Below, piece by piece: positions 55,625 through 63,575 of a DNA stretch of 64,000 bases. The stretch is from Deltaproteobacteria bacterium (lineage in GTDB: Bacteria > Myxococcota > Kuafuiibacteriia > Kuafuiibacteriales > Kuafuiibacteriaceae). Each line of letters opens with the position of its first letter. Positions within the stretch are counted from its first letter, which is position 1. Position numbers and translations under genes: made by a program. A model generated the notes under the pieces. That model was not told the origin of the DNA, searched no databases, and saw nothing but the letters and a program-made list of their open reading frames with translations. The stretch lies in the NCBI GenBank assembly GCA_040218735.1, contig JAVJQW010000027.1:27134-91133 (forward strand), written 5' to 3'.

Positions 55625-57259
55625 ATGCCCGAGAATTCAGCGACAGGTTCCGCACTGCGCCGCGATCTCGTCGCGGCGCTGACGGTCGCGTTCGTCGGGC
55701 TGCCCCAGTGCCTCGCCTACGCGTTGATGTCGGGGTTGCCACCGGCGTACGGGCTCGCCACCGCGGCCGTGCCCGGCTTCGTCGCGGCGCTCGTCGGCAA
55801 GAGCCCCTATATCGTCACGGGCCCGACCAACACGACCGGCCTGTTGATCCTCGCCGCGCTCGGTCCGTTCCTCGGGGACGACGGTCTGCTGCGCCCGGAC
55901 GGCTTGGCCGCGCTCGCGACGCTCACGCTGATGGCCGGCGCGATCCGCGTCCTCGCGGCGCTCGCGAACGGCGCCGCGCTCGTCGACTTCATCCCGGAGT
56001 CGGTGCTCACCGGGTTCACCGCGGGCGCGGGGTTGCTCATCGCGATCATGCAGCTGGACGAGGCGCTCGGCCTCGCAGGTGTGCGCGGGTCGAGCGCCTA
56101 CGCACAGCTGGCGTCGGTGTTCGACCACGTCTCGGCGACGGCGTGGCCGGCGGTCGTCACGACGTTGGGTACGGTGGTGTTGGTCGCGGTGGCACGTCGG
56201 ATTCGTCCCGCGTTCCCGGGCGCGTTGGTCTCCGTCGGGTTGGCGACCGCGGTGGCGATGTTGTTCGGCCTGGACGCGGCCGAGGGGCTCCCGGTCGTCG
56301 CGGATCGCGCGGCGGTGCCGTCGGGGTGGCCGCTCGGGGCGTGGCCTTCGTTCGATCCGGAGCTCATCCAACGTTTCATCGGACCGGCCGGCGCGATTGC
56401 GCTGCTCGGGACGATGGAGCTCGCGGTGTCGGCGCGGCGCGGAGGGGCGCGTCCGAACATGCGTCGGGAGATCATCGCTCAGGGCGCGGCGAACCTCGCG
56501 GGCGCGTTCACCAGCGCGTTCCCGGCGTCGGCGAGCCTCACGCGTTCGGCGCTGTTGGAGCTCGGCGGCGCGCGCACGCGTCTCGCGGCGGCGGGCGCGG
56601 CGGTCATCGTGGTGCCGATCCTGTTCTTGGGGGCGGAGGTCGTCGCGGCGCTCCCGATGGCGAGCCTGGCGGGGGTGCTGTTCGTGACCGCCGCGAAGAT
56701 GGTGGATCGCCGCCGGCTGCAGCGCGTGTGGTCGGCGAGCAGGGTGTCGCGGAACCTGATGCTCGTGACGTTCGTCGCGACGCTGACGCTTCCGCTGGAG
56801 TGGGCGGTCTTCACCGGCGTCGCGCTCGGGCTGGCGCAGTACCTCGCCGAGAGCCGCAAGCCGGGGGTGAGGTTGTTCGAGCCGATCGAAGGGCGGCTGC
56901 TCCCGGTGACCCGTGCGGAGGCCGGCCCGGTCGTCGTGGTGGAGATCAGCGGTGACTGTCACTTCGCGGCGGCGGGGGCGCTCGAGCAGCTCTTGCTCGA
57001 CAGCCTCCCGGAGTGCCCCGAACACGTGATCGTCGATCTGACGCACGCACACGCGCTTCGCGTGGCGGCGCTGCTGTCGCTGGAGCGCGTGCACGACCGG
57101 ATCCGCGCCTGCGGAGGTCGGCTCCACCTCGCGGGGGTGCCGGAGGACTTCTTCCGGCTCCTGGCCAGGACCGGCTCCAAGCTGCGCGCCGACCCGTTCG
57201 ACGCGGAGCCGCTCGCGAGCGTACGTCGGGTGGTAGCGTCGGTGGCCCCGAACGCGTGA
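55625..57259 (+). CDS. SulP/SLC26 anion transporter with STAS domain
   Basis: DLVAALTVAFVGLPQCLAYALMSGLPPAYGL, GPT, AQGAAN, SLTRS; C-terminal STAS. Confidence 0.92.
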   Translation: MPENSATGSALRRDLVAALTVAFVGLPQCLAYALMSGLPPAYGLATAAVPGFVAALVGKSPYIVTGPTNTTGLLILAALGPFLGDDGLLRPDGLAALATLTLMAGAIRVLAALANGAALVDFIPESVLTGFTAGAGLLIAIMQLDEALGLAGVRGSSAYAQLASVFDHVSATAWPAVVTTLGTVVLVAVARRIRPAFPGALVSVGLATAVAMLFGLDAAEGLPVVADRAAVPSGWPLGAWPSFDPELIQRFIGPAGAIALLGTMELAVSARRGGARPNMRREIIAQGAANLAGAFTSAFPASASLTRSALLELGGARTRLAAAGAAVIVVPILFLGAEVVAALPMASLAGVLFVTAAKMVDRRRLQRVWSASRVSRNLMLVTFVATLTLPLEWAVFTGVALGLAQYLAESRKPGVRLFEPIEGRLLPVTRAEAGPVVVVEISGDCHFAAAGALEQLLLDSLPECPEHVIVDLTHAHALRVAALLSLERVHDRIRACGGRLHLAGVPEDFFRLLARTGSKLRADPFDAEPLASVRRVVASVAPNA

Positions 57260-57307
57260 TGCTGATTTGTGTCCGGTCGTCGCGCGGTCGGCGGTCGAAC
57301 CTACGGG

Positions 57308-58477
57308 ATGAAGCGCCTCGGTCTATTCGCCGTCGCGGCGATCGTCGGATGTAGCGGCACGACGGAGCCCGAAGATCTCGGTGTGGATGCCGCCGTCCGC
57401 GAAGGGGGCGCCGAAGTCGTCCGCGACGGTGGCGCCGAGGTCGTCCGCGACGGCGGCGATGAGGTCGTTCGCGACGGCGGTACGGAGACCGTCCGGGACG
57501 CTGGCGCCCGCGACGGCGGCTCCCCGGGGCTCTACTTCCCGCCGACGGTCGGCGACACGTGGGCGACCGTCGAGCCGTCGTCGGTCGGCTGGGATTCGTC
57601 CGCGATCGACGAGGCCCTCGACTACGCGATGGGGGAGCGCTCGACCGCGGTGATCATCTTGCTCGACGGTCGAATCCTCGCCGAGCGTTACGCGGCGACG
57701 TGGGATCTGCACACGGCGCGCGCGGTGTTCTCCGTGACGAAGAGCGTGACGGCGTTCCTCGTCGGGCTGCTCGAGCAGGACGGTGCCCTCGAGCTGGACG
57801 ACACGGTGACCACCCACCTCGGCGCCGGCTGGAGCGCGGCGGCGCCCGCGGACGAAGGAGTGATCACGATTCGCCACTTGCTCACCATGACGAGCGGCCT
57901 GGACGAAGGCCTCGCGCGCGTGGCGGCGCCCGGCGACGTCTGGTTCTACAACACACCCGCGTACCACGTGCTCTTCGACGTCATCGCGGCTGCGTCCGGA
58001 CAGTCGCGCGACGACTTCGCGTCGACGCGCCTGCACGAACCGATCGGCCTCATGGACTCGACGTGGCTCCCGCAGCGCCTCTCGATGTCCGCGCGCGACA
58101 TGGCGCGCTTCGGCTTGATGATCCTCGCGGAGGGGGCGTGGGACGACACCCCCCTCGTCACCGACCCCACGATCCTCGACGCGGCGCTCCGCCCGTCGCA
58201 GTCGCTCAACCCCGCGTACGGCCACCTGTGGTGGCTCAACGGCCAGGACGGCTTCCTCCTCCCCGGCGACCCCGCGCCGGGGGGCGCCGGGCCCCTCATG
58301 CCCGACGCACCGGCCGACCTCGTCGCGGCGCTCGGTGCGGGTGACAAGAAGATCTACGTCGCGCGCAGCATGGGCCTCGTCGTGGTTCGCCACGGGAGCT
58401 CCGCGGGGGAGCCGGTCGCCGCGAGCTCGTCGTTCGACAACCTCCTGTGGCAAGCCATCTTGCGCGCCGCGCCCTGA
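57308..58477 (+). CDS. serine hydrolase (class C beta-lactamase-like) lipoprotein
   Basis: SVTK (SxxK), HLLTMTSGL, FYN, ARDMARFG, YGHLWW. Confidence 0.9.
   Translation: MKRLGLFAVAAIVGCSGTTEPEDLGVDAAVREGGAEVVRDGGAEVVRDGGDEVVRDGGTETVRDAGARDGGSPGLYFPPTVGDTWATVEPSSVGWDSSAIDEALDYAMGERSTAVIILLDGRILAERYAATWDLHTARAVFSVTKSVTAFLVGLLEQDGALELDDTVTTHLGAGWSAAAPADEGVITIRHLLTMTSGLDEGLARVAAPGDVWFYNTPAYHVLFDVIAAASGQSRDDFASTRLHEPIGLMDSTWLPQRLSMSARDMARFGLMILAEGAWDDTPLVTDPTILDAALRPSQSLNPAYGHLWWLNGQDGFLLPGDPAPGGAGPLMPDAPADLVAALGAGDKKIYVARSMGLVVVRHGSSAGEPVAASSSFDNLLWQAILRAAP
57395..57505 (+). repeat. 24-bp tandem repeat encoding a VR(D/E)GGxEV linker (about 4.5 copies)
   Basis: VREGGAEV VRDGGAEV VRDGGDEV VRDGGTET VRDAG. 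Confidence 0.85.
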
Positions 58478-58481
58478 CCGT

Positions 58482-59147
58482 TCACTCGAACGCGTCGTCG
58501 GGCCAACCGTCGCGGAGGTCTTCGGGCACCGGCGCCGTCCACGTCTGTTCGCCGCACGACACCCGCCACGCGTGCAGCAGCTGTCGATCCCCGACGGGGC
58601 GACCGTAGTTCTTGTCGCCGCGCACCGGGTGGCCGCGGTGCGCGAGGTGCAGGCGGATCTGATGCGTGCGGCCCGTCGAGATCCGCACGGACAACAGGCT
58701 CGCCTCTTTCCGAACCAAGAGAGGGGTGACGAACGTGTGCGTGGGGCGGCCTTCGCGAACGACGCGCGGCTGTCCGTCCACGCGCTCGATCGGCGCGACG
58801 ATCGTCTCCTCGCCGCGGGGCCAAGCGCCGTCGACCACCGCGACGTAGGTCTTGGTCCCGACCCTCAGGTGTCGCGACCACGTGTCGACGAGCGCTCGGC
58901 GCCGGACGAAGAGGTTCACGCCAGTGGTCTCGCGATCGAGCTGGTGCACCGCCCAGATCTTTCGCTTCGTGTGCGCCATCAACTGGGCCTGCAGGCAGTC
59001 CGGATCGTCGAGGTCGCGGCCCGTGCTCGGGAGGTGCGCGGGTTTGTTGCAGACGATCAGCCCGTCGCTCTCGTGGAGGATCGCGGGCGGGAACGCGGGG
59101 TGGGCCTGCGCCGATTCGAACAGCCGCGGGTCGAGTCGCCAGGCCAC
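58482..59147 (-). CDS. RluA-family RNA pseudouridine synthase
   Basis: NKPAHL, HQLDRETTG, KTY, TGRTHQIRLH, LLHA. Confidence 0.9.
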   Translation of the reverse strand: MAWRLDPRLFESAQAHPAFPPAILHESDGLIVCNKPAHLPSTGRDLDDPDCLQAQLMAHTKRKIWAVHQLDRETTGVNLFVRRRALVDTWSRHLRVGTKTYVAVVDGAWPRGEETIVAPIERVDGQPRVVREGRPTHTFVTPLLVRKEASLLSVRISTGRTHQIRLHLAHRGHPVRGDKNYGRPVGDRQLLHAWRVSCGEQTWTAPVPEDLRDGWPDDAFE

Positions 59148-59149
59148 GG

Positions 59150-59497
59150 CTACTTCGCACACCGCAGGCAGAACGGTGCCTCGGGCTTCGCCTTCAGCCG
59201 GCGGTACGCGATCGGCTCCTCGCACCGAAGGCAAAGGCCGTAGTCCCCTTCTTCGACCCGGCGGAGCGCCTGCCCTGCGAGCTGACGCCGAGTCTTCATC
59301 GCCTCGCGCGACGCTTGTGCGAGCTTCTGGCGCTGGAGGGCGTCGATGCGACTGACGCGGCCGACCGCAGCCTGGTCGAGCTCGACCGTCTGCACGCTCT
59401 CGGCCGCGTCTTCGATCGTCGTGTCCAGCGCAGCGATGAGCGCGCGCAGGTCCTCGGCGAGCTCCGCCGTCTGCGCTTCGTTCAGCTCCTCGCTCAT
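59150..59497 (-). CDS. TraR/DksA C4 zinc-finger protein
   Basis: YGLCLRCEEPIAYRRLKAKPEAPFCLRC; VGRVSRIDAL. Confidence 0.92.
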   Translation of the reverse strand: MSEELNEAQTAELAEDLRALIAALDTTIEDAAESVQTVELDQAAVGRVSRIDALQRQKLAQASREAMKTRRQLAGQALRRVEEGDYGLCLRCEEPIAYRRLKAKPEAPFCLRCAK

Positions 59498-59510
59498 CGC
59501 ACCTACGTAC

Positions 59511-60719
59511 TTACGACTTTTCGACGAACGCCGCGAGCGCGTCCCGCGCGGCGCGCTCACCCGCGAGGAGTGATGTGAGCCGTTCGTGGAGTCGCCCGCG
59601 CAGCTCGGCAGCGAAGGCCGCGTCGAGCGCGTCGTTGGCCGCGTCCTCGAGCGCCGCGAGCGCACGCGGGTCCGTCGGCGACCCCTTCGCGAGGAGCTTC
59701 TTCGCGCGACCGAGCACCGGCGGGCCCGCGAACACGTCGTCCACGAGTCCACGCCACGCCTCGCCGTTGGCTTCGACGACCGCCGCGGCTTCGACGAGCG
59801 CGGGTGCCTTCGTCGCGCGGAGGAACTCGGCGTACATCGGGCGGAAGCCGGCGCCGTCCGTGGAGGCGTGCACCCACGCGTAGATCTGACGGAGCCCGCC
59901 GAGCAGTCCGTAACCCGCGCCGAACAGCCGCGGCCACCCCTTGGCGTCGCCGTCGTCGTCGACCAGGCGCGTCCACTTCTCGAGCGCGGCGAGGCCGAAG
60001 TTCTTCTTGGAGCCGCCGAGCACGACCTCGCCGTCGAGGTCCGCGACACATCGGCGGACGGCGATACGAACCGCGTCGTCGTTCGGCGCGCGGCGCTCGC
60101 CCAGTCCGACGATGCGGTGTTTCTGTTTCTTCACCGCGGCGCGGGCCGCGGCGAGCCTGTCGAGCGGCACTTCGATCGCGCCGGCGCGGCAGTCCTCGAC
60201 GCCCGCGACGCCGTCCTCGACGTCGTGCACCACGACCACCCACGGCGTCGCGCCGCCCATCGCGTCGAGGCCGAGCAGCGCCTCGCGTCCGACCCAGCAG
60301 ATCACCGGCCCGGCTTCGAGTGCTTCGAGGAGCTGGCGCTCGGCCTTCTTCGCGGACGTCGCTTCGGCGACGACGGCCTCGTAGCCGAGCCCGTCGAGCG
60401 CGCGCTCCACGAACGTCGCGTCGTAGGCGTACTGCGGGTTGCAGCGCGTACCGATGTACACGAGCGGCGGGGCGCCCGCGTACGTGAACGCGTGGTACTG
60501 AAAGCTCACGCCGCCGCCGAGCCCGAGGAGCCACGCTTCGCTCGGTGCGTCGGGGCCCGCGAGGAGGCGCGTCAGCGCAAACGTTTGATCGTGTCGGGCG
60601 CGGGGCGGTGACTTCTTCGCGAGCTCACCGAGCAGCGCTGCGCGCGCGGTCGCGTAGCGCTCTTGGGTGCGCGCCATGCGGGCACGGACGATCTTCTTGA
60701 AGGCACGGTCGCGGGTCAT
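59511..60719 (-). CDS. BtrH N-terminal/DUF4872-like protein with a basic N-terminal helical extension
   Basis: SEAWLLGLGGGVSFQY, LEAGPVICWV, GFRPMYAEFL; N-terminus MTRDRAFKKIVRARMARTQERYATARAALL. Confidence 0.8.
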   Translation of the reverse strand: MTRDRAFKKIVRARMARTQERYATARAALLGELAKKSPPRARHDQTFALTRLLAGPDAPSEAWLLGLGGGVSFQYHAFTYAGAPPLVYIGTRCNPQYAYDATFVERALDGLGYEAVVAEATSAKKAERQLLEALEAGPVICWVGREALLGLDAMGGATPWVVVVHDVEDGVAGVEDCRAGAIEVPLDRLAAARAAVKKQKHRIVGLGERRAPNDDAVRIAVRRCVADLDGEVVLGGSKKNFGLAALEKWTRLVDDDGDAKGWPRLFGAGYGLLGGLRQIYAWVHASTDGAGFRPMYAEFLRATKAPALVEAAAVVEANGEAWRGLVDDVFAGPPVLGRAKKLLAKGSPTDPRALAALEDAANDALDAAFAAELRGRLHERLTSLLAGERAARDALAAFVEKS

Positions 60720-60900
60720 GTCGAATCCTCTTCTGTCGCCACCGACACGCCGGTCCTGCCCCCGTCCGCGCCCGGACGTTCGAAAAGGTTCGAGTACCGC
60801 TCACCCGAGGATTTCGCTCCCCTTTGCCGCCTCCGGGGGCCCTGGCAGGCGGGCCGCGTGCGGTTGGGCGCGGGTGATGCGCCGCCGACGAGGCTACGCG
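60720..60900 (-). ncRNA. putative structured cis-regulatory 5' leader RNA
   Basis: Nested stems UCACCCG/CGGGUGA, CCGCCU/AGGCGG, GGGGA/UCCUC, UCGAA/UUCGA, CGUCCG/CGGACG; alternative AAUCCUC/GAGGAUU pairing over the SD. Confidence 0.6.
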
Positions 60901-60966
60901 CCGCGCGTCGTGATTCGCAAGGGGCGGGTGGACGAACCGCGGACGAGTCGTCATGCTGAGGGCGTC

Positions 60967-61124
60967 GTGAACCGTCTCCAGCCCCGCATCGCCGCTATGG
61001 CCATGCCCCGCCCGCGCCGGGCGGTCCGGGCTGGAGCACGCTGACCGCGAGCTCCTCTCGGTCCCCGGGCGCGGGCCTATCCCGCCGCCGCTCATCACCC
61101 GGGACCGAACGAAGGAGCTTCGCC
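60967..61124 (+). promoter_or_regulatory. metG leader: uORF plus RBS-sequestering multibranch hairpin
   Basis: uORF 60967-61044 (..AAMAMP..); GAGCTCCT/AGGAGCTT and TCGGTCCC(C)GGG/CCCGGGACCGA stems; unpaired CTCATCA. Confidence 0.6.
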
Positions 61125-62501
61125 ATGACGACCTATCTGATCACCAATGCCATCGCTTATGTGAACGGGCCGCCGCACCTCGGCCACACCGTGGGCCTGC
61201 TGCAGGCCGACGTACTCGCGCGGCAGGCGCGCGCCGCCGGCCACGAGGTGCGCCTCACCACCGGCACTGACGAGAACAGCCTCAAGAACGTGCGCGCCGC
61301 CGAGGCCGCTGGGGTCTCGGTGCGTTCGCTCGTCGACGAAAACGCCGCGCGGTTCCGCGCGCTCGAAGAGCGCCTCGGTGTCGCTTCGGACTGCTTCGTC
61401 CGCACGGCGGACGCGAATCACGCCGCGGTCGTCGAGCAGCTCTGGCGGGCGTGTGCCGACGACCTCTACCGCCGGAGTTACCGCGGCCTGTACTGCGTGG
61501 GGTGCGAGCAGTTCTTCGCGGAGGCGGACCTGGAAGACGGCGTGTGCCCGGAGCACCGCGTCGCGCCCGAGCTCGTCGAGGAGGAGAACTGGTTCTTCCG
61601 TTTGTCGAAGTACCGAGACGTTCTACTCGAGCGAATCGAGTCCGACGCGATCCGGATCCGCCCCGAGAAACACCGTCGCGCGATCCTCGCGTTCCTCGCG
61701 GGCGGGCTGGAGGACCTCAGCGTCTCCCGCTCCGTCGAACGCGCGCGAGGGTGGGGCGTCCCGGTGCCGGACGACCCCTCGCAGGTCGTCTACGTCTGGT
61801 TCGACGCGCTCGCGAACTACTTCACGAGCGACCCGGACTACTGGCGTCGCGCCGACGAACGCATCCACGTGATCGGGAAGGGCATCACCCGGTTCCACGC
61901 GGTGTACTGGCCGGCGATCCTCCTCGCCGCGGGTGAGCCGCTCCCGACGTGTATCTACGTGCACGACTACATCACGGTCGAGGGCAACAAGATCGGCAAG
62001 TCGCTCGGCAACGTCGTCGACCCCGACGCGATCGTCGACACCTTCGGCACGGAGGCGCTCCGCTACTACCTGTTGCGTCACCTCCGCGCGACGAGCGACG
62101 GCGACTTCTCGCGGGAGCGTCTGGTGACCGCTCGCAACACCGAGCTCGCGGACCGGCTCGGGAACCTCTTGTCGCGCACCACGAAGCTCGCGTCGAAACA
62201 CGATGGGGTACCCGCGGCGGCGCCCGATCTGTCGGAGGCCGCGCCCTTCGACACCGCGGGGGGCCTCGACGCGATCTTCGCGGAGGTCGACGCGCTCAAC
62301 CGCTTCGTCGACGCCGAGGCGCCGTGGAAGTTGCTGAAGTCCGACCGGGCGCGCGGTGAAGCGGTCGTGGCGGAGGCGCTCGGACGCATCGCAGCGATCG
62401 GCCGCGCGCTCGCGCCGTACCTGCCGGCGACGGCGGCGAGGATCGAAGCGGCGCTCGCCGTCCCGGTCCGCGCGGCGCCCCCGCTGTTCCCTAAGACTTA
62501 G
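61125..62501 (+). CDS. metG: methionyl-tRNA synthetase, short form
   Basis: YVNGPPHLGH (HIGH), TGTDE, CVGC..CPEH knuckle, YVWFDALANY, HAVYWP, KIGKS (KMSKS-like); AAGGAG RBS. Confidence 0.93.
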   Translation: MTTYLITNAIAYVNGPPHLGHTVGLLQADVLARQARAAGHEVRLTTGTDENSLKNVRAAEAAGVSVRSLVDENAARFRALEERLGVASDCFVRTADANHAAVVEQLWRACADDLYRRSYRGLYCVGCEQFFAEADLEDGVCPEHRVAPELVEEENWFFRLSKYRDVLLERIESDAIRIRPEKHRRAILAFLAGGLEDLSVSRSVERARGWGVPVPDDPSQVVYVWFDALANYFTSDPDYWRRADERIHVIGKGITRFHAVYWPAILLAAGEPLPTCIYVHDYITVEGNKIGKSLGNVVDPDAIVDTFGTEALRYYLLRHLRATSDGDFSRERLVTARNTELADRLGNLLSRTTKLASKHDGVPAAAPDLSEAAPFDTAGGLDAIFAEVDALNRFVDAEAPWKLLKSDRARGEAVVAEALGRIAAIGRALAPYLPATAARIEAALAVPVRAAPPLFPKT

Positions 62502-63403
62502 CTGTTACGGATGTCGCGCACCGACGACCGCGGCCCCCACTTCGGGGGCGCGGTCCCGCCGGTCTTCAGCATCCGCACGACGCGGCCGCGTTGGCCGCGG
62601 TACGGCTCGAGGAGCTCGAGCATGCGTTCGTCCGTGCCCCGCGGCTCTCCCGCCAAGTTGAAGGTGATGACGTTCGGGAGGTGGTAGTCGCCGACCGGGA
62701 TCGCGTCGGGGTCCCCCAGCGCGCTCCCCATCACGACGCCCGCGGTCCACGGGCCGACTCCTCGGAACTTCAGCAGGTGCTCGTTGGCCTCGGCGTGGCT
62801 CATCTTCACGGCCCGCTGCAGCGCCGTGGCTCGCGACGCCAATCGTTTGAGTAGATCGGCGCGGTGGCGCTCCACGTTGAGCGGGTGGAAGTCGTAGTAC
62901 GGCGTGTTCGCGAGGGCGCGCGGCTCGGGGAGGACGTACAGCCCCCTTCGCGGACCGGGCGCCTCCTCGCCCCACCGCCGGGCGATCGCACGCAGCGCGT
63001 CCTTCGAGTTCTTGCCGGTCACCTTCTGCGCGATCGCGACCGCGATCATCTGCGAGTACACGTCGTTCGTGCGGCCCATCCGGTAGCCGGCCATGCGCTT
63101 CTTGATCTCGCGGATGAGCGGGTGGGCGTCGGGCACATCCGCGACGCCGGCGTCCTCGAGGCCGACCAGCGCCGGCACCTCGTCGAGCGCCCGCTCCGCG
63201 CCGTCGCCCCAGCCCTCGGCTTCCAAGTGATCCCCACGGTGGCGAACGCACACCGTGCCGATCCCCTCGCTCGTGCGGCGCGCGAACCACGCGCCGTCCG
63301 TGTCACTCGCCCGCCAAGTCTCGGCGCCCCACAGCGCGGAGAGCCGCCAGGTCAGACGCAGGTCGAACGGGCGCTCGCCGAGCTCGAAGCGACGCGTCGT
63401 CAC
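62498..63403 (-). CDS. DNA-3-methyladenine glycosylase II (AlkA-like HhH-GPD) protein
   Basis: IAQKVTG, FRGVGPWTA HhH, PVGDYHL, LEPYRGQRGR. Confidence 0.88.
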   Translation of the reverse strand: MTTRRFELGERPFDLRLTWRLSALWGAETWRASDTDGAWFARRTSEGIGTVCVRHRGDHLEAEGWGDGAERALDEVPALVGLEDAGVADVPDAHPLIREIKKRMAGYRMGRTNDVYSQMIAVAIAQKVTGKNSKDALRAIARRWGEEAPGPRRGLYVLPEPRALANTPYYDFHPLNVERHRADLLKRLASRATALQRAVKMSHAEANEHLLKFRGVGPWTAGVVMGSALGDPDAIPVGDYHLPNVITFNLAGEPRGTDERMLELLEPYRGQRGRVVRMLKTGGTAPPKWGPRSSVRDIRNS

Positions 63404-63415
63404 CGCGACATTCTA

Positions 63416-63575
63416 GTCCGAAGCTCGCCCCCGGAGGAGGCGTGTCTGAGGAGTGTGCCAAGCGCTCCCGCGAAGCGGGAGGGCGTTATGGTCTATTCCG
63501 AAGCTCGCCTCCGGAGGAGGCGTGTCTGAGGAGTGTGCCAAGCGCTCCCGCGAAGCGGGAGGGCGTTACGGTCTA
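63416..63575. repeat. 2 x 80-bp tandem repeat, each copy with a REP-like CTCCCGC-GAA-GCGGGAG hairpin
   Basis: Units 63416-63495 and 63496-63575 differ at 3 positions; hairpins at 63465-63481 and 63545-63561. Confidence 0.9.

Noticed and set aside
57308-58477. Antibiotic-resistance beta-lactamase
   Set aside because: Only a generic SxxK serine hydrolase; substrate cannot be inferred.
60900-61124. T-box or SAM riboswitch upstream of metG
   Set aside because: No T-box (GGTGGNACC) antiterminator or SAM-I/II core is recognisable; reported instead as an unassigned leader.
63416-63575. CRISPR array
   Set aside because: The whole 80-bp unit repeats with no unique spacers, there are only two copies, and no cas genes are present.
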